A DNA stretch of 64,000 nucleotides from a virus (IMGVR_UViG_3300017783_000007:14496-78495); one strand, 5' to 3'. Counted from the stretch's first letter, positions 55,307-63,580 are shown. Notes: generated by a model not told the origin, from the letters alone. Made by a program: numbers and translations.

Positions 55307-56608
55307 TTAAAAGCCACTGTTTGATGTTTCAAATGAATATAATGCATATCTAATAGCATCTGCCATGTGCGAGGCTTTATTGTGTTTTGGTTTTTCTTTA
55401 AGTAGGTTAGGATTAGGATCCCATTGGTACTGGTCAAGAGCGGATAGAGTTTCCTTGCATTCTTGATCCACGTAGAGCTTATCATTATCTACGATTCCTT
55501 CTACATAAGCAATTCCATCCAACACTGACTTCTTAGCATTATTAGTACTAATATCATAGTTCTGTGCAAAATCAAAACGAGTTTGTTGTGCGGCAGAATC
55601 GATGAATATGTAATCAATATCCCACCTATCTATGAGTTTTTGTATTTCACCAGCGTGTTGTTCGGTGGTACGCTCTGCATCTAGGTACTCGTCTACTAAA
55701 TAATATTTTTCTTCATCCCAGTCATACGCAATTACACACAAAGCAGTAGGATCTCTATACCCTACGTCGAGCCCTGCAAAAACGTCCATCTTACTGATGT
55801 CCATATCTTGAAAAGACCCCGTGCATTCTTCGTAATTAAAACTCCAAACTTGCCCCTCATAGGTGTTAAAATCGGCTTCATATTCTTGACGAAACTCCGC
55901 CTCAGACATACTCTTACGAGCCTCTGCTATATCTAGGTCTGACATTCGGGGGTTTGATTTGTAAGTGGCACGAATAGATGCCCACTCAGGAAACTCAGGG
56001 TCAAAGCCTCTGTGAAAAAACTCTGAGAACCAGTTATTTTTGCCGCGAGGAGTAGAAATAAAAATTGCTTTTGAATTATCTTTGTCAAGGGTAGGTCTAA
56101 GAGCAACATTAAAAGCATCCCTGCCATCAGCAAGAGCTGCTTCATCAAAAATAATCAAATCGTAGGATCTACCTACACAGGAGTCAACTTGATTGACCGA
56201 TCCCATACGTACAGTAGATCCATTCGATAGTTCTATAACTTTGTCTTTTGCGTTATCTTTGACTACTTCGAGATCAAAATGCTTGATAAGTGTTCTCTGT
56301 AAATCGAAAGATATTTGCGATAAAGCATAGTTGGGTGACATGATTAAAATATTAGAACTAGGAATAAGAGATACAAGTTGTCCAATAATATTGGCAATGT
56401 AAGTCTTCCCCTGTCTACGAGAAACAGCCGCACAGACAAATCGATACTTAGGGCTATTAATAGCATTAATAATCGCTGTCTGGGAAGGTAGTGGTGTAAT
56501 ACCTAGCAAATCCAAATAAGGATCGATAGGCAACTTCAAAAACTTATCTTCCTGTGTGTAATCACAAATATAATCAGAGATTATATCTTTGCGGCTAATT
56601 TCAATCAT
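55307..56608 (-). CDS. terL: Terminase large subunit (T5-like)
   Basis: SRRQGKT Walker A, IIFDEAA Walker B, ISTPRG, GLDVGYRD nuclease motif, HMADAIRY. Confidence 0.96.
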   Translation of the reverse strand: MIEISRKDIISDYICDYTQEDKFLKLPIDPYLDLLGITPLPSQTAIINAINSPKYRFVCAAVSRRQGKTYIANIIGQLVSLIPSSNILIMSPNYALSQISFDLQRTLIKHFDLEVVKDNAKDKVIELSNGSTVRMGSVNQVDSCVGRSYDLIIFDEAALADGRDAFNVALRPTLDKDNSKAIFISTPRGKNNWFSEFFHRGFDPEFPEWASIRATYKSNPRMSDLDIAEARKSMSEAEFRQEYEADFNTYEGQVWSFNYEECTGSFQDMDISKMDVFAGLDVGYRDPTALCVIAYDWDEEKYYLVDEYLDAERTTEQHAGEIQKLIDRWDIDYIFIDSAAQQTRFDFAQNYDISTNNAKKSVLDGIAYVEGIVDNDKLYVDQECKETLSALDQYQWDPNPNLLKEKPKHNKASHMADAIRYALYSFETSNSGF

Positions 56609-56767
56609 CTAGTCTTGTCCCATGGACCTTGTCTTGCTATACTTCCTGCAATATTCAAGCTCCGTCAATTTATCATCCTCAGCATCTTTTCTGACAGGTC
56701 GAATATTTCTTTTATATTCTTCCACGTCAGAGCCCTTCCACTTACTAGTTTTTGGTTGAGATTGCAT
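56609..56767 (-). CDS. Small charged hypothetical protein (52 aa, not in ORF track)
   Basis: GAGG SD + ATG; MQSQPKTSKWKGSDVEEYKRNIRPV...GQD*; stop abuts the terL start. Confidence 0.6.
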   Translation of the reverse strand: MQSQPKTSKWKGSDVEEYKRNIRPVRKDAEDDKLTELEYCRKYSKTRSMGQD

Positions 56768-56769
56768 AA

Positions 56770-57084
56770 TTACCTCTTAGACATCCATGCAGATACGCCC
56801 ATGTATGCGCCTACGACGCCGGCCTGAGCAATGTAAAATAAACCGAGTAAATCTGCCAGAGCAGCTACTCGACTCTCGCTTACAGCAGGGCTAAACAATA
56901 TGGCACTAAAAACTATCATAGAGCCCATTGCAACCCATGCCATTCTTTTTTGAGCCTCTGACTTCTCTTCTCGAAGTTCTAGCTCTAACATATCCTGTGA
57001 TCGTTTGATCTCTTCATCTGATACTACGCCGTCTCCATCTAAGTCAAATTGTGCGTAGTGTGAATCTTTTTGTAATTTTTTCAT
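56770..57084 (-). CDS. EF-hand + two-transmembrane protein (holin-like)
   Basis: DLDGDGVVSDEE canonical 12-residue loop, two hydrophobic helices, basic C-terminus. Confidence 0.7.
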   Translation of the reverse strand: MKKLQKDSHYAQFDLDGDGVVSDEEIKRSQDMLELELREEKSEAQKRMAWVAMGSMIVFSAILFSPAVSESRVAALADLLGLFYIAQAGVVGAYMGVSAWMSKR

Positions 57085-57536
57085 GGTAGTAGAATATATA
57101 GAATGCCTGCCATTGCTGCACCGCCAATTATTAAAGTAGTAAATCCAACTAAAATTTGTTGAAGTAACTGCTCTCTTTCTCGTCGTTTTCTGGCTACCAT
57201 AGCCATTTGCTGCTTTCTTGCGTGTTCTTGCTCTGCTTTAGCCTGTTGAAAGCTTGTAAGCATCTCAGGATCTACCATAGCTAACAAATCATGAACTTCT
57301 TTCCAGTGTCTCTCATAGCTTTTTTTAATCATTGTAAGCTTAAGTAGCTCACTTTGACTAAGAGGGCTGAAAGTGCTGGATTTCCTTTTTATCTCAAATT
57401 CGGTGACTGCTTCCCCAAAGTCACTGATGGTACCCATAAGTTGCTGCATGCCTTGACCAGTTTCATTGGCTTTTTGTATAAGACCATTTATCTGGGACAA
57501 AATAGTACTGGCCATCACTACTGATTCTATAATCAT
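57081..57536 (-). CDS. Helical protein with C-terminal transmembrane anchor
   Basis: Coiled coil, then ILVGFTTLIIGGAAMAGILYILLP. Confidence 0.75.
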   Translation of the reverse strand: MIIESVVMASTILSQINGLIQKANETGQGMQQLMGTISDFGEAVTEFEIKRKSSTFSPLSQSELLKLTMIKKSYERHWKEVHDLLAMVDPEMLTSFQQAKAEQEHARKQQMAMVARKRREREQLLQQILVGFTTLIIGGAAMAGILYILLP

Positions 57537-57539
57537 GGG

Positions 57540-57845
57540 CTACCACTTTACTCTGTCCGCCCAGTATGCTGCAGACATCTTGCCCTTTGCAATATTTTTT
57601 GCGTGTCGGGCTTTGAATGAAGCACGTTTACGCTTCATTGCTTCGCTTTCTCCTTTCTTAGGTTTACCGGCTGTCTTTGCTCCTTGTTGTCCAAAACGAA
57701 TAGTTTTAACTTTAGTACCTACTTTTGCTACAACAATATGAGATTTTTTTGCATGTCCCGGAGTTCTTTTTGGTTTATTGTACCCAGACACTCCAGCTTT
57801 CTTTAATCTTGAATCTTTTTTCTTACCTTTTCTTTTTACCGCCAC
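57540..57845 (-). CDS. Small very basic protein (resembles DUF5754-type proteins)
   Basis: KSHIVVAK...IRFGQQG...RASFKARH...SAAYWA..KW; Lys/Arg-rich. Confidence 0.75.
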   Translation of the reverse strand: MAVKRKGKKKDSRLKKAGVSGYNKPKRTPGHAKKSHIVVAKVGTKVKTIRFGQQGAKTAGKPKKGESEAMKRKRASFKARHAKNIAKGKMSAAYWADRVKW

Positions 57846-58104
57846 GTTTTTTTCTCTTTACAAAGGTACGAACCATGGTGGGTTTGCCCCCTGGATTGCC
57901 GGCCGCTCTTTTTCTACGGACAGCTGACTTTCGTTGCTTTTCAGTAAGACCAGCGGCTTTGGCAGCAGGAAGACATTTTGGGTAACGTTTTTTTCCTGAT
58001 TTGGTTCTTCCGCATTTTTCAAAGCCGCCGCTCTTTTTAGGTCTGGATATATCTACCCAATCTTCTTTAAACCATTTGGTAAGACCGCCTTTTGGTTTAG
58101 CCAT
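57823..58104 (-). CDS. Small basic protein (resembles C-terminal half of DUF5872)
   Basis: GLTKWFKEDWVDI...CGR...YPKCLP; GGAG SD. Confidence 0.75.
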   Translation of the reverse strand: MAKPKGGLTKWFKEDWVDISRPKKSGGFEKCGRTKSGKKRYPKCLPAAKAAGLTEKQRKSAVRRKRAAGNPGGKPTMVRTFVKRKKRGGKKKR

Positions 58105-58390
58105 TATTCTCTCCGCTATGAAGTAAAACCTCCAGCTCTTTTAGCTTTAACTCTAACTCTCTAACTCTCTTCACAGTATCACTTACTTCTGGGGGAGGAG
58201 AGAAATTATCAATCCACTCGTCATTTTCTTTAACCTCTACGGATACCGCCTGTAAGTTGTGTTCTAAAAATGCTATTCTCTCGGTAATACCAGTATAAGC
58301 CCACACTGATACTGCAGTAAACGTTACTAACCCTATTAAATTCTTTAGGGGTATAGCTAGCTCTGTTGCTTCATTTATCTTTGTGGGCAT
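58097..58390 (-). CDS. Single-pass membrane protein with coiled coil
   Basis: IPLKNLIGLVTFTAVSVWAY hydrophobic helix, then heptads; GAGG SD. Confidence 0.75.
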   Translation of the reverse strand: MPTKINEATELAIPLKNLIGLVTFTAVSVWAYTGITERIAFLEHNLQAVSVEVKENDEWIDNFSPPPEVSDTVKRVRELELKLKELEVLLHSGENNG

Positions 58391-58429
58391 AATACCTCGC
58401 TTATAGACAACTGTCTATCGCTTAGAAGT

Positions 58430-58591
58430 TCACTTTTTTCCGCGCTTCTTTTTTAAAATAGCTTTTTGAAGTGCTGGGGGCAGTTTCTTTTGAGCGGCTG
58501 TCAAGCCTCCCATAGACTTCTTCTTTTTGCCCTTGCCTTTTTTAGCTGGACGACCTCTTTTCTTTCCATAAGTTCCTTTACCTGCTGGCAT
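58430..58591 (-). CDS. 53 aa Lys-rich protein with AT-hook-like KRGRP (not in ORF track)
   Basis: MPAGKGTYGKKRGRPAKKGKGKKKKSMGGLTAAQKKLPPALQKAILKKKRGKK*; TAATG overlap with the upstream gene; GGGAG SD. Confidence 0.78.
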   Translation of the reverse strand: MPAGKGTYGKKRGRPAKKGKGKKKKSMGGLTAAQKKLPPALQKAILKKKRGKK

Positions 58592-58779
58592 TACTTTACT
58601 CCCATGCGGTATTTTCCGCCCTTGGCTTTATAAGTTTTTACAAGCCAACCATTTGCATATGCTGAGGGATAAACTGCAAACTTTCGTTTAGCCTGAGCCT
58701 TAACCCGTGCATAAAGCTTTTTATTTGTAGGAACAGGCTTTTTCTTTGCGACCTTTCTTCGTCGCTTACGAACAGCCAT
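58591..58779 (-). CDS. Small basic protein (resembles N-terminal half of DUF5872)
   Basis: PTNKKLYARVK..AKRKF.VYPSAYANGWLVKTYKAKGGKY. Confidence 0.78.
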   Translation of the reverse strand: MAVRKRRRKVAKKKPVPTNKKLYARVKAQAKRKFAVYPSAYANGWLVKTYKAKGGKYRMGVK

Positions 58780-58941
58780 TTAAGCGTCCGCAGAAAAAAG
58801 ATCCTTATCATCGATGGATACAGTGTCTTTTTTCTCCGGCTTTTGCCCCGTATATTCTAACGCCTCATCTTCTGTATCAAAACGATGCATACCAAAATCA
58901 TCATGAACTAGCCAATAGTCTGCTTTCTGTTGAATTTGCAT
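58780..58941 (-). CDS. 53 aa acidic hypothetical protein (not in ORF track)
   Basis: AGGAG SD + ATG; MQIQQKADYWLVHDDFGMHRFDTEDEALEY...SADA*; abuts the next start. Confidence 0.72.
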   Translation of the reverse strand: MQIQQKADYWLVHDDFGMHRFDTEDEALEYTGQKPEKKDTVSIDDKDLFSADA

Positions 58942-58951
58942 TTTTTATCTC

Positions 58952-59158
58952 CTACACTTGGAATGCAAGTGTTACTACTAGTCCTGCCAGGAATAGTATT
59001 AGTGCTCCGCCAACTTGTACTTGGCGCTGTTCCATTCTATCTAGCTTTTCGTCAATATCGTCCAGTCGATTAAATGTAGTTTTCCACCTCTCTTCACACT
59101 GTACTTCATGACGTAAAAACTGCTCTACAACTCCTTCGAGCTTTGTATCATTAGACAT
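58952..59158 (-). CDS. Coiled-coil + C-terminal transmembrane protein (XhlA-like)
   Basis: HEVQCEERW...RLDDIDEKLDRME then a hydrophobic helix; overlaps the terS stop. Confidence 0.72.
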   Translation of the reverse strand: MSNDTKLEGVVEQFLRHEVQCEERWKTTFNRLDDIDEKLDRMEQRQVQVGGALILFLAGLVVTLAFQV

Positions 59159-59609
59159 CTTTTAACAACTTCTCCATGAGCTTACCATAGTTGCCCTGGC
59201 CGAAAGGTACACCTTCATTTATTTGAACATTTGTTTGACTCTTTACGTTTGTAGCTTGAGCTTTTTCAAGATCAGCTTGAGCTTTAATCTCGTCCATTCT
59301 CATCTTATGTGCCATTTGTAACAAGTCTGCCAAATCTTTACTAGAGTAAACTCCAGTTTCTTTTGCTTCGTCAAGCTTACTTTCAATCATCTCGTCTAGT
59401 AAACTTGCAATATTATTTTTGTTGCGATACCCCATATCTAAGTAAACAGTATCAATATACTTTTTTACTTCACGTTTATTGAGCAACTCTACGACTTGGT
59501 TTTCAGAAACCCCGAGAGATTGCACTACCCCGTTGATATTGCCGAACTGAAGGTAACTATTGGCTACTTCGAGTCCTTCTGGGGAAATTGTAGTTAATTC
59601 TTTAGCCAT
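59151..59609 (-). CDS. terS: Terminase small subunit (T5-like)
   Basis: ISPEGLEVAN.YL HTH-like start, EVKKYID.VY.D.GYRN, SSKDL.DLL, NYGKLMEKL. Confidence 0.85.
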   Translation of the reverse strand: MAKELTTISPEGLEVANSYLQFGNINGVVQSLGVSENQVVELLNKREVKKYIDTVYLDMGYRNKNNIASLLDEMIESKLDEAKETGVYSSKDLADLLQMAHKMRMDEIKAQADLEKAQATNVKSQTNVQINEGVPFGQGNYGKLMEKLLKDV

Positions 59610-59616
59610 GTTTCAA

Positions 59617-59658
59617 ATTATAGTTGCTAAGGGGTAGAATGTCAAGAACTATTTTTAA
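59617..59658 (-). promoter_or_regulatory. sigma70-type promoter for terS operon
   Basis: Minus strand AAAAATAGTTC-TTGACA (59645-59640), 17 nt spacer, TATAAT (59622-59617). Confidence 0.9.
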
Positions 59659-59662
59659 AGTC

Positions 59663-60157
59663 CTATCGTAAAAAACTGGGGGGAGTAGGCCACGCTACAT
59701 CCTCAATAGTTGCAGGATTACCAAGATTGTTTGTTATATTCCGTAAAGCCGTTCTGTATGTTGCAGCTTCTGCTCTCTGTTCTGTAGTTAAAGAATTATC
59801 AGTAAGTTGAGTCCAGTCGGATCTAAATAACATATTTTGCCTAACTTTTCGTATATCCTCTAGTACGCTAGAAGCATCCCAGTCCCAAGAAGAAGTGGAA
59901 AAATTCCAAGTAGCATAGTCATTAACAGGCTTTCCTATGTGTACAAACTGTAGCGTTGTTGGATTAAAATAGTGTTCCTCTACAAAATACCCCATATCTT
60001 CGCAATCTAAAGGAAGGTTACTGTCTGTTACATACAAAATTCTACGATTCTGAGCCTCATCCACACCTTCGGGCTCTGGACTTATATTTGGAAATACTGC
60101 TCCAAGTATTTTTCCTGTCGAATGTTCAATTGTTACTATATATCTTATATTATTCAT
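59663..60157 (-). CDS. Tail fibre assembly chaperone-like protein
   Basis: C-terminal IR..R..L..SDWTQL.D...YR.ALR.I...WP.PP motif. Confidence 0.85.
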   Translation of the reverse strand: MNNIRYIVTIEHSTGKILGAVFPNISPEPEGVDEAQNRRILYVTDSNLPLDCEDMGYFVEEHYFNPTTLQFVHIGKPVNDYATWNFSTSSWDWDASSVLEDIRKVRQNMLFRSDWTQLTDNSLTTEQRAEAATYRTALRNITNNLGNPATIEDVAWPTPPSFLR

Positions 60158-60162
60158 AATTA

Positions 60163-60849
60163 CTACCTTGTCTGTGCTATTAGTGTTGGAGGAATACTAC
60201 CGCTTCCTCCTCCTGTGGAGGTATCAACTGCGCCTGAGCCGGCATTTTCTGATATGTTAAGAGACCAGAAGTTCGAAACATAGGTAACTCCCCAAGAGTT
60301 CCATATGAGCCCTGATCTACTTTCTCCTCCCGCTCCTGTGCCAACAGGTTCCACATACGCATTAATATCTGTTGTAACTATACTGCCACTAGAACCATTC
60401 AAAGTATAAAACTCTTTTATATAAAAACTGACATTTGTTTGCAATCGTCTGGAGTCAAAAGCTATGGAGCCGTCTGATTTGAAAATTTGAAGACCGTAAT
60501 CCCCAGCACTTCCTGTGGGTACAGGTATAGTCTTTGCTTCTGCTACTACAAAATAGTATAAGGAGATAGGAGCAGTTGTTATATCTACAGCCGTAAAAGT
60601 TACAAAGTTTGGATTATGAGTTACTGTTACTTGCTGAAACCCATAACTATTATTCCCTTCATTGACTATAATGGTTCTGCCCGGCAAATTTTTACTATTA
60701 ATAAAAATTTTAGAGTTCGAACCAATTTTAGGAGCACTGGTGCCGTAGCCTATAGCTGTTACTACGTAGTGGCTTAAGTTTAGGTCAGTATTAGCTATTG
60801 TGAACTGACCCGAGGCATCCACCCCGGTTACTTCTACTCCAAAAGACAT
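60163..60849 (-). CDS. Tail tip accessory protein (YGL-type)
   Basis: MSFGVEV and DYGLQIFKSDGSIAFDS motifs, as in small proteins encoded after gpJ in T1/HK97-like phages. Confidence 0.68.
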   Translation of the reverse strand: MSFGVEVTGVDASGQFTIANTDLNLSHYVVTAIGYGTSAPKIGSNSKIFINSKNLPGRTIIVNEGNNSYGFQQVTVTHNPNFVTFTAVDITTAPISLYYFVVAEAKTIPVPTGSAGDYGLQIFKSDGSIAFDSRRLQTNVSFYIKEFYTLNGSSGSIVTTDINAYVEPVGTGAGGESRSGLIWNSWGVTYVSNFWSLNISENAGSGAVDTSTGGGSGSIPPTLIAQTR

Positions 60850-62972
60850 TAGCTTATCCTATTTGCAATGACCCGTCCGGATCGCGTTTGTGAAGAGGTG
60901 TTTGTTATACTAAAATTGTTTGCATTTTTACTTATTGTTACATCATTTTGCCTGCCTATGTTAATTCCAGCACCATTAACTTTCATCTCTATTAAAACTT
61001 TGCTAGAATCATTTGCGTTGGCGCAGGCAAACGTGTGGCTCTGACCTCCTGCAAGAGAAAAAGTTTCATCTACCTGCAAAGAAGCGGTCCGGTCAAGACC
61101 AAAAACAGGAGTAGTTCCATCTATTCCATATACTATAAGACCGAAGCCTTCCTGTGCTGCCCCGGAACCTGGAGTAGCGGTGCCCCCTGAGCCCACTACT
61201 GTTGTATCCCCGGGAGAAGTAGTAGCTGCTGTAGTTACAGTAAAGGTTCTAGTCAAGGAGCCTATGGTAACGCTTGTAGAAGTAGTATCTAGGACAAAAT
61301 CGCTTGCTTGTAATCTAACCCAAACGTATTGATTGTTTTGTACTGTTTTAGGGTTGCTAGTAAAAGAGCTATTTGCAGGTAGAGAAGTGCTACTACTTAC
61401 TGCAAAACCTGAAACTCCCCCGGTTATACTTACAGGAACAGGATAGTTATTCTCTACTCCAGTAACTTGAACTTTAGTGAAAACGAAGGAGGAGGTCACT
61501 GCATTCGTAACGCTAGGGAAAGAAAAGTTAGTTGGAGTAATATCAGGGCTTCGTGTTGTAATATTCCAAAGCGTACCAATGCCCCCCACTGATAGTAGCC
61601 CACTTATTGTTGAATTATAAGCATTAGAGGAGGTCAACCTTACCCACAAATAATGATTTGGTTCTATACTACCGGGCCCATTGCCAAACGAGCTTGAAGA
61701 GGGCTGACTATTTGTTGGTGATGTCGCATATTGAATAGTGCTGCCTCCAAAAACAGAGACTAGTGCCGCGGAGTTAATTCCAGTTATTTGAGCGCTTCGG
61801 TAGAACGTATAGTTTAATGCAGCTCCAGTAATGTTTGTAAAACTAAAGCTATCAGGAATCGAATCTACAGCAACAGTTGTAACAAACAAAGAAGCTGCAC
61901 GGTTTCCTACCTTCATAGTTCCGCCCGTAGTAGTACCTGCATTTCCTGCCCGCACTCTAACATGAAGATATTGCCCTGAAGTAATATTATGAGGCTGCGA
62001 CTGAAATTGTACTCCGGAAAGACTAGAAGAGTTTGACACGTCCCACTGTAAGTCTGGAACAGTTCCTCTAAAACTACTAGAATCCGACGCAGCCTGCAAA
62101 GTACCTGTAAACCCTAATATTCTAGCAGATCTATAATGGTAGCTTCCTATGGCTGCTCCTGTTATATTAGTCCCAAAAGTATAAACATTTGGCAGCACAT
62201 CCTGCAAACCAGTTGTTACGGTCCACGTAGCAGAAACTCCATTAACACTTACAGTTCCGAAAACAGAAGTATTAAAAGAGGTCGAAGCTGTCATCTTCAC
62301 CCAAAGACGTTGGCCACTTGAAATATTCTTAGCAGAAGAAGTAAACGAACTCGAAGAAGGCAACGAACCATTAGTTGACGTTACTGCTGTAGTAATACTT
62401 CCGGATGTAACAACTACACTTTCTGTTGTACTGAATCCATAAAGATTAGTAAAAGCATAATATGTTGTGCCCGGACTGGCATTTACTTTAGGGCTAAAAC
62501 TAAAATTATTAGGTACTCCATCTGCCCATGTGAAAGCAATTTCCGTAGTATATGTCTGCCCTGAAATAAAACTTTTTGTGCCCGGAGCTGCTCCTTGTAG
62601 AACTAATTTTCCGGCTCCTATTCCGGTTCCTCTTTGGAGAGTGAAAGTCTTGTCATAGTAAGCAGTAGTACCAATAGGACCCAAAATAGTGCTAAGAGCC
62701 TCTGTCATATTAACACTAATGTAATGTTTGCCTACATCACCCCCATGATTTGAGCTGCCGTTGCCTGCTGTGGCTCCACTAAGACTCGCTAGACTATTAG
62801 GTACTCTTTCAATTTCTACAGTGCCAGGCCAGAAGTCAGGGTATACTAAAGGTTTTGGAGCTCTTATGGTTATATTAACTTTATCATTATTATTCCAGTT
62901 AAGATTTCCAATATTACTTGTAATACTGTAATCAGTTCCTAAAGTTATAATTCCTGTATTATAAGTCGCCAT
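60849..62972 (-). CDS. Putative receptor-binding / adhesin protein with four tandem Ig-like repeats
   Basis: Four units of about 105-110 aa starting DxxPxxFSF; C-terminal GFGLIVYGIDG module. Confidence 0.7.
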   Translation of the reverse strand: MATYNTGIITLGTDYSITSNIGNLNWNNNDKVNITIRAPKPLVYPDFWPGTVEIERVPNSLASLSGATAGNGSSNHGGDVGKHYISVNMTEALSTILGPIGTTAYYDKTFTLQRGTGIGAGKLVLQGAAPGTKSFISGQTYTTEIAFTWADGVPNNFSFSPKVNASPGTTYYAFTNLYGFSTTESVVVTSGSITTAVTSTNGSLPSSSSFTSSAKNISSGQRLWVKMTASTSFNTSVFGTVSVNGVSATWTVTTGLQDVLPNVYTFGTNITGAAIGSYHYRSARILGFTGTLQAASDSSSFRGTVPDLQWDVSNSSSLSGVQFQSQPHNITSGQYLHVRVRAGNAGTTTGGTMKVGNRAASLFVTTVAVDSIPDSFSFTNITGAALNYTFYRSAQITGINSAALVSVFGGSTIQYATSPTNSQPSSSSFGNGPGSIEPNHYLWVRLTSSNAYNSTISGLLSVGGIGTLWNITTRSPDITPTNFSFPSVTNAVTSSFVFTKVQVTGVENNYPVPVSITGGVSGFAVSSSTSLPANSSFTSNPKTVQNNQYVWVRLQASDFVLDTTSTSVTIGSLTRTFTVTTAATTSPGDTTVVGSGGTATPGSGAAQEGFGLIVYGIDGTTPVFGLDRTASLQVDETFSLAGGQSHTFACANANDSSKVLIEMKVNGAGINIGRQNDVTISKNANNFSITNTSSQTRSGRVIANRIS

Positions 62973-63510
62973 CTAGTATTTTTCCAATATGGTCCTTGAA
63001 GTCTTCTGCATCTACGTTATAATATACTGCTCCCGCATTTGCACTAACGGGGTTTGCTTCAGGTAACATTGCAGTACTAAAAGATTTTATATGATTAGGA
63101 AAATTACCCTCTTCGAATGTATTAAGTTGATTGAAGTATCCGTGAAAGCTATTTAGTTCTCTTTGATCTATAGCATACTGCAATAAGTCATGACCTAACT
63201 GATTTCTAAGATTTTGCCCTCTGAAATCGGGATGAACGGCTACTACGTGGCCTATGCTCTTTTCTGCAATTCGATCCTCGGTAGCACAGTGAAATAAAAC
63301 TTCTTGGTTGTTGTATGACCAAATTCTAGAAAAAGTCATTACTAAAGAGATTTCTGTAACAGGTTCTACTATAAAAGCTTCAGCTGATGAGTAAAAAGAT
63401 CCTTCAAAAGTTTCAGTTATCCAAGGCAGATCTTCTCTCTCCGCCAGTCGGCTTGTCCACGGCCCTATACTTGGAGTTATAATCTGAGTTGTCTCTTGTT
63501 CGGTATACAC
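62959..63510 (-). CDS. GNAT-family acetyltransferase-like protein
   Basis: VVAVHPDFRGQNL acetyl-CoA motif A; AGGAG SD + GTG; first gene after a promoter. Confidence 0.7.
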   Translation of the reverse strand: MYTEQETTQIITPSIGPWTSRLAEREDLPWITETFEGSFYSSAEAFIVEPVTEISLVMTFSRIWSYNNQEVLFHCATEDRIAEKSIGHVVAVHPDFRGQNLRNQLGHDLLQYAIDQRELNSFHGYFNQLNTFEEGNFPNHIKSFSTAMLPEANPVSANAGAVYYNVDAEDFKDHIGKILDGDL

Positions 63511-63539
63511 TTTAAGCTCTCCTGATTCATTAAGTTACA

Positions 63540-63580
63540 ATTATAGTGGAAGTCGCATAAAATGTCAAGAAGTTTTTTTG
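63540..63580 (-). promoter_or_regulatory. sigma70-type promoter for GNAT / receptor-binding cassette
   Basis: Minus strand AAAAAAACTTC-TTGACA (63568-63563), 17 nt spacer, TATAAT (63545-63540). Confidence 0.9.

Noticed and set aside
55231-55485. 84 aa minus-strand ORF bridging terL and the HNH gene
   Set aside because: Alternate frame over the terL end that runs through a consensus promoter; no SD.
5254-56608. Introns or inteins in nrdA, nrdB or terL
   Set aside because: All are uninterrupted and of compact length, with no intein or homing endonuclease motifs.
58403-58418. Short inverted repeat ATAGACA-AC-TGTCTAT in an intergenic gap
   Set aside because: AT-rich, tiny loop, no U-tract and no second copy found; cannot support a terminator or operator call.
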